In this document: positions 29,356 to 38,175 of the stretch, piece after piece
Layout of the letters: every line of letters begins with the position of its first letter
How positions within the stretch are numbered: the first letter of the stretch is position 1
Source of the DNA: Meiothermus sp.
GTDB taxonomy: Bacteria; Deinococcota; Deinococci; Deinococcales; Thermaceae
DNA length: 64,000 bases
Assembly (NCBI GenBank): GCA_033762915.1
Contig: JANRLD010000060.1
Location: forward strand, 1-64,000
Reading direction: 5' to 3'
The notes under the pieces: model-generated
What the model saw: the letters and a program-made list of their open reading frames with translations, nothing else
What the model was told of the DNA's origin: nothing
Databases searched by the model: none
Position numbers and translations under genes: made by a program

Positions 29356-29429
29356 GCGAGATTGGCTTTTTGAAATCAACGGTTAGGCATCAGCCTCCGG
29401 CTGAACGCCAACCCCCAAAGGGAGAACCC

Positions 29430-29843
29430 ATGTCCGCAGTCCTTAGCCCCTCGTCCACCCGCACCCAGCCGATCCGCAAGGCCCAAGACCTGGCCCAGGC
29501 CGCCGAGCTGTTGGCCGAGGCCGCCGAACGCGAGGGCTACCGGGTCGTGGCTGTCCACCCGCTGTTTCAGTACGCCGGCGAGGACTACACCGGCCCCCGG
29601 GCGGTGACCCTCGAGCTCGACGCCCCCAAGCTTAACCGGGTCTTGCTTCCACTCAAACCCGAGCTGGGGCTGTACCTGCCGCTGCGGGCGACGCTGTTTG
29701 AGCAGGGTGGGACGCTGTATATCTCAATGCTCGAGGTCGCCGCCTACCGCGACGTGCTGGGAAACCTGCCCCCCGAACCTGCCCGGCTGCTCGACTGGAT
29801 GGAAGTCACCCAAGGCATCCTCTTCCGCGCCCTGACAGGCTAG
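29430..29843 (+). CDS. DUF302-like protein
   Basis: SD GGAG before ATG 29430; EGYRVVAVH...LGLYLPLRATLFE. Confidence 0.7.
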   Translation: MSAVLSPSSTRTQPIRKAQDLAQAAELLAEAAEREGYRVVAVHPLFQYAGEDYTGPRAVTLELDAPKLNRVLLPLKPELGLYLPLRATLFEQGGTLYISMLEVAAYRDVLGNLPPEPARLLDWMEVTQGILFRALTG

Positions 29844-30187
29844 GTAGGGCTGGGGTCGGTGCAGGGCCAGCAGACGCCTCCGCAGGGCGTCCCAGCGCGA
29901 GTGCTTGTATCAGCGCAGGTCAAGTGCGGGTGTTCTTTATGGGTGGTTCGAAGCAGCGTCCACCATCAGCCCCTCCAACACCCCGTGCGGCTCGCCGAGG
30001 TTCCCCAGACGGTGGTTTTGGCGGATCGGGGCAAAGCGTGGGCCAAGCGGCTGTGGTTGAGGGCGCGGCGCCGGGGCTTTCATCCCTGTTGCGACCGGCG
30101 AATCGGGAGTATAACCATGCTATCCCGCTCCCGACGGGCAACTCGGGAAACCCCGGCAGATTCCCCTCCCTAATCTGCCGGGGTTGT

Positions 30188-30484
30188 TTATTCGTCGGCC
30201 TTGAACGCGTTCTGCGGAGTGTCCATCTCGGCCAGCGGCAGCACCTCGTACTTGGCGAAGTTGTAGACCGGGGCCATCGCCAGCCGCCGCACGAGTTCTT
30301 CGTTGGAGTCTGTTTCGTAAATCCAGGCCCCGCCGTGCCGCCCCACGATGTGGTAGCGGCCCACCAGCTTGCCCTGCTCGCGCAAATTCTGCGCATAGGC
30401 GGGCATCCGCATAATCACGCTGGCGAAGTCGCCGCGCATCCGAGACAGCTCGAGTTCCCACAGAACCAAGTATTTACTCCCCAT
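30188..30484 (-). CDS. Muconolactone isomerase-like protein
   Basis: 98 aa; LREQGKLVGRYHIVGRHGGAWIYETDSNEEL...EVLPLA; SD AGGAG. Confidence 0.75.
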   Translation of the reverse strand: MGSKYLVLWELELSRMRGDFASVIMRMPAYAQNLREQGKLVGRYHIVGRHGGAWIYETDSNEELVRRLAMAPVYNFAKYEVLPLAEMDTPQNAFKADE

Positions 30485-30609
30485 GCGGTCTCCTATACGG
30501 TTCGGGCGATTCTGCGGGCGGCCCCGGCGGGACGAATGTCGGGATCGGGGCTTTAGGCCGGGCCCGGTTCTACACTTTCCCAACAACTTCGTGTCATGAT
30601 GGCGGCGCG

Positions 30610-32340
30610 ATGCGTACGGTCTGGGCTGCATTGAAGAGCTGGGAGTTTTGGCTGGTGCTGGTTTGTCTGGCGGGGGTGGCGCTGACCACCTTGCACTACT
30701 GGTACAACCCCTTCCTGCCCTCGAGGGACCTGGGCGACCTGTCGCGCTTGGGCCTTCCGAACATTCAAACCCTCTACGCACGCCAGAAAACCGGGAAGCA
30801 AACCCTCAAGATCGACGCGGCCACCCGTCAGCTCCAGGCGCAACTGCTGGAGGCCCGCTTCAGGCCGATGAACCCCCGCGCCTCGGGCGAGGCAATCGTG
30901 CTCAACTACCACGATGTCTTTCCCCGGCGTACCGCCGAGACGGTGTGGTACGACACCACGCCCGAGGAGTTCGGGCGTGACATCGCTTGGTTGAAGGCCC
31001 GCAAGGCTACCTTCATCAGCCTCGACCAGCTCCGCCACCACCTCACCCGCAACAAGCCGCTGCCCCCAGACGCGGTCGCCGTCACCTTCGACGACAACCA
31101 CCAGGGCTTCTACGACCACATCTACCCCATCATCCGCCGCGAGAAGATTCCGGTAGCGATCTTTGTTCACACCGACTTCGTGGGGCGGCAGACTGGGCGC
31201 AGGCGCATGAGCTGGGAGACCCTGCAGGAGCTGAGCCGCGACCCCCTCATCACCATCGGTTCGCACACCCTCTCGCACCGGGTGCTGGCGACCCTGCCGC
31301 AGGCCGAGCAGCGGCGGGAGCTGCTGGAGTCCAAGTGGCTCCTCGAGCGCAAGCTGGGCCGTCCGGTGGTCTACGTGGCCTACCCCGAGGGCAAGGCCGA
31401 CGCCCTGACCTTCAAGATCGCTCGAGAGGTCGGCTACGCCATGGGCTTCACCATCGACTGGCGGCTTCCGGTCGACTCGCCGGACATGCTCTCGGTGGGC
31501 CGCTACATCCAGACCCAGCTCCAGCGGGCCTGGTTCGAACTCAACCCCGAGCAGTTTATCGTGCAAGAGCGCCGCCGGGGTCTGGTGGAGCGTGGCCTGA
31601 AGGACTCTCCGATCCGGGCGGAGTACCCGCGCCTAGCGGGGGTCAGTATGGCCCTGATCCGGGGCGGCCGAGCCGAGAGCCGCCTATCCGCCTACCGCGA
31701 GAGCGTGAGTGCCTTTGTGGAGCAGGCTGGCGCGGTGGCGGGCATTAACGGCACCTTCTTCGCCGACCCCTACTTGCGGGCCAGGGACAACACTATGGTG
31801 GGGCCGATCATGGCGACGCAGGGCGGCGGCGGCCGGGCCTTCATCCCCGAGCGCAACCCCTACATCATGTACCGCATCGTCGAGCGCCCGCTGGTGGCCT
31901 GGAACGAGCGGCGCATCGTGTTCGTTCCGGTCAAGCTGGACATGAATAGCCTCGAGACCATCAAGAGCTTTATGCCCGCCTTTACCGACGTGTTCGTAGG
32001 TGGGGCCTGGATCGTGAAGGGCGGCCGGGCGGTCTGGCCGCTCAAGAACCCGCCCTCCGACCACGCCGAACGTCGGCCCCGGGTGTTCTTCGGCTACAGC
32101 AAGGGCGAGGTCGTGCTGGGGGCTTCGCTCAACTCGGTTAGCACAGTGGCGCTGGCCAGGGCTGCCGCGCTGGCCGGCGTGGAGGAGGCGGTGCTGCTGG
32201 ACTCGGGCTACTCCACCTCGCTGGTCTTCCAGGACAAGCTGCTGGCGGTGGGGCGCCGCTGGGACGGCGTGCCCAGCCGCCCGGTGCCACACGCCATCGT
32301 GCTGCACGGAAGGGTGGGGCGCGAGGTCGCCGCCCGCTGA
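30610..32340 (+). CDS. Polysaccharide deacetylase fused to a phosphodiester glycosidase-like domain
   Basis: LNYHD, VTFDD, GSHTLSH and YPEG; C-terminal GINGTFF and LDSGYSTSL. Confidence 0.85.
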   Translation: MRTVWAALKSWEFWLVLVCLAGVALTTLHYWYNPFLPSRDLGDLSRLGLPNIQTLYARQKTGKQTLKIDAATRQLQAQLLEARFRPMNPRASGEAIVLNYHDVFPRRTAETVWYDTTPEEFGRDIAWLKARKATFISLDQLRHHLTRNKPLPPDAVAVTFDDNHQGFYDHIYPIIRREKIPVAIFVHTDFVGRQTGRRRMSWETLQELSRDPLITIGSHTLSHRVLATLPQAEQRRELLESKWLLERKLGRPVVYVAYPEGKADALTFKIAREVGYAMGFTIDWRLPVDSPDMLSVGRYIQTQLQRAWFELNPEQFIVQERRRGLVERGLKDSPIRAEYPRLAGVSMALIRGGRAESRLSAYRESVSAFVEQAGAVAGINGTFFADPYLRARDNTMVGPIMATQGGGGRAFIPERNPYIMYRIVERPLVAWNERRIVFVPVKLDMNSLETIKSFMPAFTDVFVGGAWIVKGGRAVWPLKNPPSDHAERRPRVFFGYSKGEVVLGASLNSVSTVALARAAALAGVEEAVLLDSGYSTSLVFQDKLLAVGRRWDGVPSRPVPHAIVLHGRVGREVAAR

Positions 32341-32451
32341 GGGCCGGCCGGAGAGCCCCGGCCCGTTAATGGTCTAATTCGTGTAACGTTCAGCCCGCGT
32401 TGAGGCCGACCTTGCCATAGGCTAGAGTCGGGGTTCGAGTGGGGTGCACCT

Positions 32452-32631
32452 ATGAGCAAAATCTCTCGGCTTTTTTGGCGTGATCTGAGTCTCGGGGGCG
32501 CGGCGCTGTCGCTGTTGGCAGGTGTGTTCCTGGAGCAGGCCATGGGTTACGTGCTGACGTTGGGTTTTCTGGGCCTGGCAGTGGGCTTCCACCTGTGGCG
32601 ACTGCTCAGACCGAGGAGGCGCGAGTTGTAA
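32452..32631 (+). CDS. Small 59-aa two-helix membrane protein, below the ORF-track cutoff
   Basis: MSKISRLFWRDLSLGGAALSLLAGVFLEQAMGYVLTLGFLGLAVGFHLWRLLRPRRREL; both ends are basic. Confidence 0.6.
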   Translation: MSKISRLFWRDLSLGGAALSLLAGVFLEQAMGYVLTLGFLGLAVGFHLWRLLRPRRREL

Positions 32632-32850
32632 TGGTTGGGACAGCCTAGAGCGGTTGGCGGTGTCCTCCGCAATGCCGTACCCCTGGAGTGCGGTGGGGAA
32701 CGAATTTCGGCCTCAAGGGTACTGCTGGGTCGGGTCTGAAATCTGGTCTCCAGACGCCGCCCCGAACGGACTCTGAGCCGTCGCGGACGGATGCTGGCTC
32801 AACTGTGAAGCCCTCGAAGAGGTAAAACCGGTCCCACGAGCAAAGCGCTA

Positions 32851-33408
32851 TCAGTTGTAGTCGTAGCTGTAGGGCAGGGCCTTAAGGAGGTCGGCCTCGA
32901 GGCGCCCCCCGGCCCCGATGCCGCGCTGCGCGAACCAGCCCAGGGGTACCTCGAGGCGGCCTCGGTAGGCCACGCGGGGGCTGTGGACGGGGCAGGTCGG
33001 GGCGGTGCAGGGGGCCAGGTCGAAGACCTCGAGGATTTCGCCGCCCCGGCTGAGCAGCGCCACCGAGACCGGCTGTCGGTAGCCGTCGGTGCTGAGGGGC
33101 CGGTCGGTCAGGCGGGGGAAGGCGAACAGCCGCCCGGCATTCACCGGGGCGGGGCTGTTGAGGTGTCGGCCCTGTTGGCGCTGGTGTGGGGCGTCGGCGA
33201 GTTCGACCTCGAGCGCGAACGCGGCGCCGCCTCTGGCCGGGATTACCGTGACGCTGTCGCGGAGGAAAGGCTGGCCGCCGTCCAGGTGGGGGCCTCGAGC
33301 GGACTGGGCCAGGGCCGCCAGAAAGACCAGGTAGACGCCGCCCAACAGCGCCAGCACCAGCACCGCCGAGAGCCAACTCTTATTGCGCGTCACCCAACCA
33401 TTGAGCAT
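32851..33408 (-). CDS. DUF192 domain protein
   Basis: LEVELADAPHQRQQG, G-x-LFAF, PC...CP and LEVPLGWFAQRGIGAG; N-terminal TM helix. Confidence 0.8.
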   Translation of the reverse strand: MLNGWVTRNKSWLSAVLVLALLGGVYLVFLAALAQSARGPHLDGGQPFLRDSVTVIPARGGAAFALEVELADAPHQRQQGRHLNSPAPVNAGRLFAFPRLTDRPLSTDGYRQPVSVALLSRGGEILEVFDLAPCTAPTCPVHSPRVAYRGRLEVPLGWFAQRGIGAGGRLEADLLKALPYSYDYN

Positions 33409-33579
33409 CCAAACCCCGGCCTTGAATAGGACACAGCGTACCGAGGGAGTGTAGTCCCAAACGGCATTATCTGCGCCTGTTGACTGGAAAAATTCTGCCC
33501 CGCTCAATTGAGCGGGGCCTGAGGGTCAGGGGTGATTCCAGCGAGCTGCGCCTCGGAACTGGGCTCGGGGGGTTGGCCT

Positions 33580-34539
33580 TTAGCGGGCCTGTACGCCCCG
33601 CTGCAGGAACTCGTTGGTGAAGAAAGCGCCGGCCGCGAGGTCGGTCTTGACCCGCCCGGTCTGTTTGAGCAGCGACAGGCCAGAGTTCCAGCCCTGAGGG
33701 CTCGAGAAGCCCAGCCCGTTCTGGCGGCTATAGCTGGACTGGTAGAGCGGCAGCGAGGCCCGCAGCACTGCCAGCCGGTCTTCGCCCTGGTTGGGCACGA
33801 ACTGCTTGGAGGCCTCGAAGGCCTTGCGCGGGTCGCGCAGGGTGAACTGCATGGCCTCCTGCGTCCCCTGTACAAAGGCCCGGGCAAGGTCGGCGTTCTC
33901 GAGTACCCGGTCCGTGCTGATCACCCCCACCCCCGGCGAGAGGTTGTAGGGCCCAGCGGGAATCACGTTGAGCGCGATGTTGCGTGCCCGCAGCACCAGG
34001 GGCTCGTTGTTGACGAAGCCCATCGCCACGTCCACCCGGTTGGTCACGATGGCCTCGGCCTGGGTGAAGCCGATCTGCTCGATCTTAACATCGCTCTCTT
34101 TGAGGCCCGCCGCCCGCAGCATGGCCTGAAGCGAGGTGTAGGAGGTGCCGAACAGCCCGGGCATCCCGATGGTCTTGCCCTTAAGGTCGCGCACGCCCTT
34201 GATGTTCTTTTCGGTCCGGCTGAACAGCGCGTTGGGGACGCTCTGGTAGAGGGCCAGCACGTACCTCAGGGGCGTGCCCTGGGCCCGCAGGGCAATCACA
34301 TCTTCGGCATCGGCCACCACGAAGTCCAGCCGGCCCTGGGCCAGCAGCGGGTACAGCTCCGACGAGAAGCCGTGCTGAAACTCGACCTTAAGGCCGCGTT
34401 TGGCGTAGAAGCCCTCGGTGACGCCGGCGTAAAACGGCGCGAATTGCACGTCCGGGAGGTAGCCCAGCCCCACCCGCACGGTCTGCTGGGCGGAGGCAAA
34501 GGAAAGGAGAAGGAGAAAGGCGAAGGTTAGTTTTTTCAT
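33580..34539 (-). CDS. NMT1/THI5-like ABC substrate-binding protein, probably riboflavin-binding (RibY-like)
   Basis: Signal peptide; GLGYLPDVQFAPFY and DLKGKTIG; lies downstream of an FMN riboswitch. Confidence 0.85.
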   Translation of the reverse strand: MKKLTFAFLLLLSFASAQQTVRVGLGYLPDVQFAPFYAGVTEGFYAKRGLKVEFQHGFSSELYPLLAQGRLDFVVADAEDVIALRAQGTPLRYVLALYQSVPNALFSRTEKNIKGVRDLKGKTIGMPGLFGTSYTSLQAMLRAAGLKESDVKIEQIGFTQAEAIVTNRVDVAMGFVNNEPLVLRARNIALNVIPAGPYNLSPGVGVISTDRVLENADLARAFVQGTQEAMQFTLRDPRKAFEASKQFVPNQGEDRLAVLRASLPLYQSSYSRQNGLGFSSPQGWNSGLSLLKQTGRVKTDLAAGAFFTNEFLQRGVQAR

Positions 34540-34732
34540 GGTCTGCTTGTGGGTTACAGTCAAGAAATCCGGGGCCGTTGGCTCGAGCCGGTAGCCACCC
34601 ACAGTCAGCTAACCCGCCCGCGCCAGACCAAACCACAGCGGGCCCGTCGCCCGCCGCTTGCCGACTTTTGCTTGGCTGTTTAGGAGGAATCCAACACCTT
34701 AATCGCCAGGGCGCAGGAACGCACCGGCTTCT

Positions 34733-34907
34733 CTCCTTCTCCCATCCAGACTGAAGGTGGGCGGTTTTGGCCCACCCATCACTGTTGGCCTCGGAGTTTC
34801 ACCGAATCGGGGCTGGATGTGCTGCCGATTTCCAGCCTTCGCGGGCTAAGTTGGCCGTGTTGGCCACGCATCACCGCCAGTAAGGATTCGCACCTTCCCT
34901 GAAGGAC
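34733..34907 (-). ncRNA. FMN riboswitch (RFN element)
   Basis: Minus strand reads CTTCAGGGAAGGTGCGAATCCTTACTGGCGGT...AGCCCGCGA...GATTCGGTGAAACTCCGAGGCCAACAGT...AGTCTGGATGGGAGAAGG. Upstream promoter TTGTTA-16-TACAAT. Confidence 0.93.
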
Positions 34908-34994
34908 GGGCCTCTCGGCCCGAGCGTATTGTATGCAGATTGCCGCGCTTAACAAAGTGAAGGACTACGGTTTGTCGTGCCAGCGGCGTGCACC

Positions 34995-36500
34995 CTATGC
35001 CCGCCCAGTCGCCTTGCCCAGCGCCCTCAGACCGGCTGCGATGCCCCCGTCCAAGGCCCCGTCGCCATAGCGCCAGGCCCACATCCCGCCCAGCTTTCCG
35101 GGGAAGTTCATGCGGGCCTCGGTGCCCAGGCTGTAGAGGTCTTGCATGGGTAAAACGGCCAGTTTTGCCCCGGACTTGAAGGCCAGCTCGGCCAGTGCGC
35201 CGGGTACCTCGAGGTCGTTAAGGGCACGGATGTGGGCTTTTTCGAGGTAGCCCCGCATGAACTCGAGTTCGGCCTCGGGCGCGGTCTTATACCAGCCCAC
35301 AGTGGTGTCGTTGTCGTGGGTGCCGGTGTAGACGATGACGTTGCCGGAAGCGGGGTAGTTGTGCGGCAGAAAGACATTGGACGGGTCGGAGAAGGCGAAC
35401 TGCAAGATTTTCATGCCGGGGAAGCCAAAGCCGTCGCGCAGGGCCTCGACCTCGGGGGTGATCACGCCCAGGTCTTCGGCAATGATCGGCGCGTCGCCCA
35501 GGGCCTTGCGCACCGCCTCGAACAGCTTTCGGCCGGGGGCCTTGACCCATCGCCCGTTGACGGCGGTGGGCTGGCCGAAGGGGATCTCCCAGTAGGCTTC
35601 GAAGCCCCGGAAGTGGTCGATCCGTACCAGGTGGCACTGCTTGAGCGACTGCTGGATGCGGGAGACCCACCACCTGAAGCCCTCAGCCTCCATCACCTCC
35701 CACTTGTACAGCGGGTTGCCCCAAAGCTGGCCGGTCTCGGAAAAGTAGTCGGGCGGCACCCCCGCCACCACCTCGGGGTTGCCCTCGGCGTCGAGGTAGA
35801 AGTACTGCGGGTTGGCCCACACGTCGGAGGAGTCGAAGGCCACGAAGATCGGCATGTCCCCGATGATCTGTATACCCTTGGACTCGGCATAGGCCTTGGT
35901 CTTGCCCCACTCGCTATAGAACAGCCACTGGGTCCACTCGTGCAGCCCGATTTCGTCGGCCAGCTCCAGCCGGGCGGCCTCGAGCGCCCCCGCATCGCGC
36001 CCCCGCAGCTCTGGCGTCCAAAGGTTCCAGGGCTTGCCGCCGAACTGGTTCTTGAGGGCCATGAACAGCGCAAAGTCCTCCAGCCAGAACCCCTCGGCCC
36101 GGATGAAGGCCTCCAGGGCCGACCGGTCGGCCCCCGAAGCCCGGGCCTTGAACCCCGCATAGGCCTCGCGCAGCAGGGGCCAGCGGTGGTGGTAGACCCA
36201 GCCGTAGTCCACTGCACCCGCCGGGAAGTCGGGCGGCTGGGTCTCGGCCTCGAGCCAGCCCTTTTCGATCAGCAGCTCTACGTCCACCAGATAGGGGTTG
36301 CCCGCGAAAGCCGAGAACGACTGATAGGGCGAGTCGCCGTAGCTGGTCGGCCCCAGCGGCAGCACCTGCCACCACCTGGCCCCCGTGCTCGCCAGCCAGT
36401 CCAGAAACCTCTCCGCCTCCGCCCCCAGCGCCCCGATCCCCCAGCGCCCGGGAAAACTTGTCGGGTGCACCAGCACCCCGAACGAGCGATTAAGTTGCAT
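34995..36500 (-). CDS. malQ: 4-alpha-glucanotransferase (amylomaltase, GH77)
   Basis: GVLVHPTSFPG, GVPPDYFSETGQLWGNP, RIDHFRG and YTGTHDNDT. Confidence 0.96.
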   Translation of the reverse strand: MQLNRSFGVLVHPTSFPGRWGIGALGAEAERFLDWLASTGARWWQVLPLGPTSYGDSPYQSFSAFAGNPYLVDVELLIEKGWLEAETQPPDFPAGAVDYGWVYHHRWPLLREAYAGFKARASGADRSALEAFIRAEGFWLEDFALFMALKNQFGGKPWNLWTPELRGRDAGALEAARLELADEIGLHEWTQWLFYSEWGKTKAYAESKGIQIIGDMPIFVAFDSSDVWANPQYFYLDAEGNPEVVAGVPPDYFSETGQLWGNPLYKWEVMEAEGFRWWVSRIQQSLKQCHLVRIDHFRGFEAYWEIPFGQPTAVNGRWVKAPGRKLFEAVRKALGDAPIIAEDLGVITPEVEALRDGFGFPGMKILQFAFSDPSNVFLPHNYPASGNVIVYTGTHDNDTTVGWYKTAPEAELEFMRGYLEKAHIRALNDLEVPGALAELAFKSGAKLAVLPMQDLYSLGTEARMNFPGKLGGMWAWRYGDGALDGGIAAGLRALGKATGRA

Positions 36501-36523
36501 GAGATACAGTCTACTTGGTTTAT

Positions 36524-36537
36524 TGGAAACGTTTCTA
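36524..36537. promoter_or_regulatory. LacI-type operator upstream of malQ
   Basis: TGGAAACGTTTCTA, a near-perfect palindrome in the -35 region. Confidence 0.7.
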
Positions 36538-36791
36538 CTGGATAGGCAGGCCCGGCAGGGCGACCGCAAGCTCAGGAAGATGCCAGGACAGTCCCCGACC
36601 TACCCTTGATTGCTGAAGCAGCACACCTAATGCGACCGGCGGTATTGCGCAGGGTGGGATTTGCTGCTCGGGCAGGGCCGCTAATGGCCAATCCTGGTGT
36701 GGACACAGGCGAGAATCCCCCCGGGCTCTACGGGCGGTATTTTGCCCATCGGATTTGGAGACCTTTTATTTGTAGAGCCAGAACTTGACTG

Positions 36792-37304
36792 CTACGCGCC
36801 CTCGAGCGGCCGGGCGTAGGCCGTGCACAGCGCCACGTCCATGCCGAACTCGTCGTTCTCGGCGGGCTTGGCGATGAAGTACATCAGCAGCAGGCCGTCG
36901 CTGGGGCGGCCCCGGGGCGGCACGAAGGCGTACACGCTCACGTCGCTGCCGTAGCCGAAGCTCTGCACCGGCTGACCCTCGTGCTTGTAAACCCGGTAGC
37001 GGCTGACCTGCTCGATCATGGTGCTCACCCGCAGCGACTCGAGTTCGTTAACCGCCCGCACCTCGCGGAAGTTGCCCTTTTTCAAGACCACCCGGCAGCG
37101 GGTGCGCTCGGGGATGATGGCGTACCGGGTGGTGTTGCCGATGTTCTCCAGGATCGGCTCGAGGCCCCCCAGGTCGGTGGGGGCAAAGCGGGGAAGGCTC
37201 TTCTCGTCCCAGCCAAAGTTAAAGGGCCAGTTGACCTCGGGTAGCGGCTCGCGGGGGCCACAGGCGGCCAATACCAGGGCGGTCAGCAGTAGGGCTATAC
37301 GCAC
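36792..37304 (-). CDS. Hypothetical lipoprotein
   Basis: Lipobox LAAC; host-like codon usage. Confidence 0.7.
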   Translation of the reverse strand: MRIALLLTALVLAACGPREPLPEVNWPFNFGWDEKSLPRFAPTDLGGLEPILENIGNTTRYAIIPERTRCRVVLKKGNFREVRAVNELESLRVSTMIEQVSRYRVYKHEGQPVQSFGYGSDVSVYAFVPPRGRPSDGLLLMYFIAKPAENDEFGMDVALCTAYARPLEGA

Positions 37305-37331
37305 CCCCTCAGCTTATTCCAAAAGGGTTGG

Positions 37332-38042
37332 CTAATTGTTAGGCGGGCGGAAGGTCTGGGCGCTGAAGGCGGGGTTGACCCTGGCCGCCGTTACCTGGGT
37401 TTCGGCGAACAGCTCGCCATTGCTGTAGAGCTTGGCCGCGAACGGGAGGCGAAGCCCCGCTACAGCCCGGATGTCGGAGTAGAGCACGGTCAGGGTGTCG
37501 GCGCCGCTGCGGTAGCGCTCGGCTAGGAGCTGGTTCTGAGCGCCCAGAAGGTAGGCGGTTTTGGCCCCCCGGGTCTGAACTTCCACCCCCAGGCCCCTCA
37601 CCCCCTGAAAGGTCTGCTGGCCCAGAACCCGCGCCGTTTGCCGCCCGCCCCCGCCGAAGCGCAGGCCGTACCAGGTCTGATTCAGCCCGTTGCGGAGTTC
37701 GGTCAGCTCGCCACCGCGCACATCCTCCAGCCCGCCCACCTGGCTCCAGCGAATCCCCTCCGTTGGCGAGACCTGCACCACCTGAATCAGCACCTCCTGG
37801 TCGTAGTACTCCAGCCGGAGCCGCTGGCTCAAGAAGTCTACGTAGGAGACCACGCGGGTTTGGGTCTCGAGCTGTCCGTTCACAAACGTTTTGATGGTGG
37901 CGGTCTCCTGATAGGTTCGGAGGCCCTGCAGGGCCGCTCCGCCGTGGGCCTGGCGGGCACGCTCAAGGAGCTGCGCAGCCTGGGGCTGCACCTGGGCGGC
38001 AGCAAGGCCGAGAAACAGGAGGGCTGAAAGAGGGAGTCTCAT
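37332..38042 (-). CDS. Secreted beta-rich hypothetical protein, LolA-like fold suspected
   Basis: Signal peptide; LLERARQAHGG start; YSDIRAVAGLRLPF near the C-terminus. Confidence 0.7.
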   Translation of the reverse strand: MRLPLSALLFLGLAAAQVQPQAAQLLERARQAHGGAALQGLRTYQETATIKTFVNGQLETQTRVVSYVDFLSQRLRLEYYDQEVLIQVVQVSPTEGIRWSQVGGLEDVRGGELTELRNGLNQTWYGLRFGGGGRQTARVLGQQTFQGVRGLGVEVQTRGAKTAYLLGAQNQLLAERYRSGADTLTVLYSDIRAVAGLRLPFAAKLYSNGELFAETQVTAARVNPAFSAQTFRPPNN

Positions 38043-38175
38043 CGCCAGGAGATTATCCCTCTAGAGTGAAGCCCGGATGGGTGACCGTTGGGCTGTTCTG
38101 GTCCCCGCGCCCTACTCACACTTGCGCTACCGGCGCGGTGGTGTTTGCCGTACCGGGGACGGGCGGCAACCGCTC

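Noticed and set aside
28839..29843. Single 334-aa ORF
   Set aside because: The middle is off-frame, low-complexity sequence, and an internal SD plus ATG at 29430 starts a separate gene.
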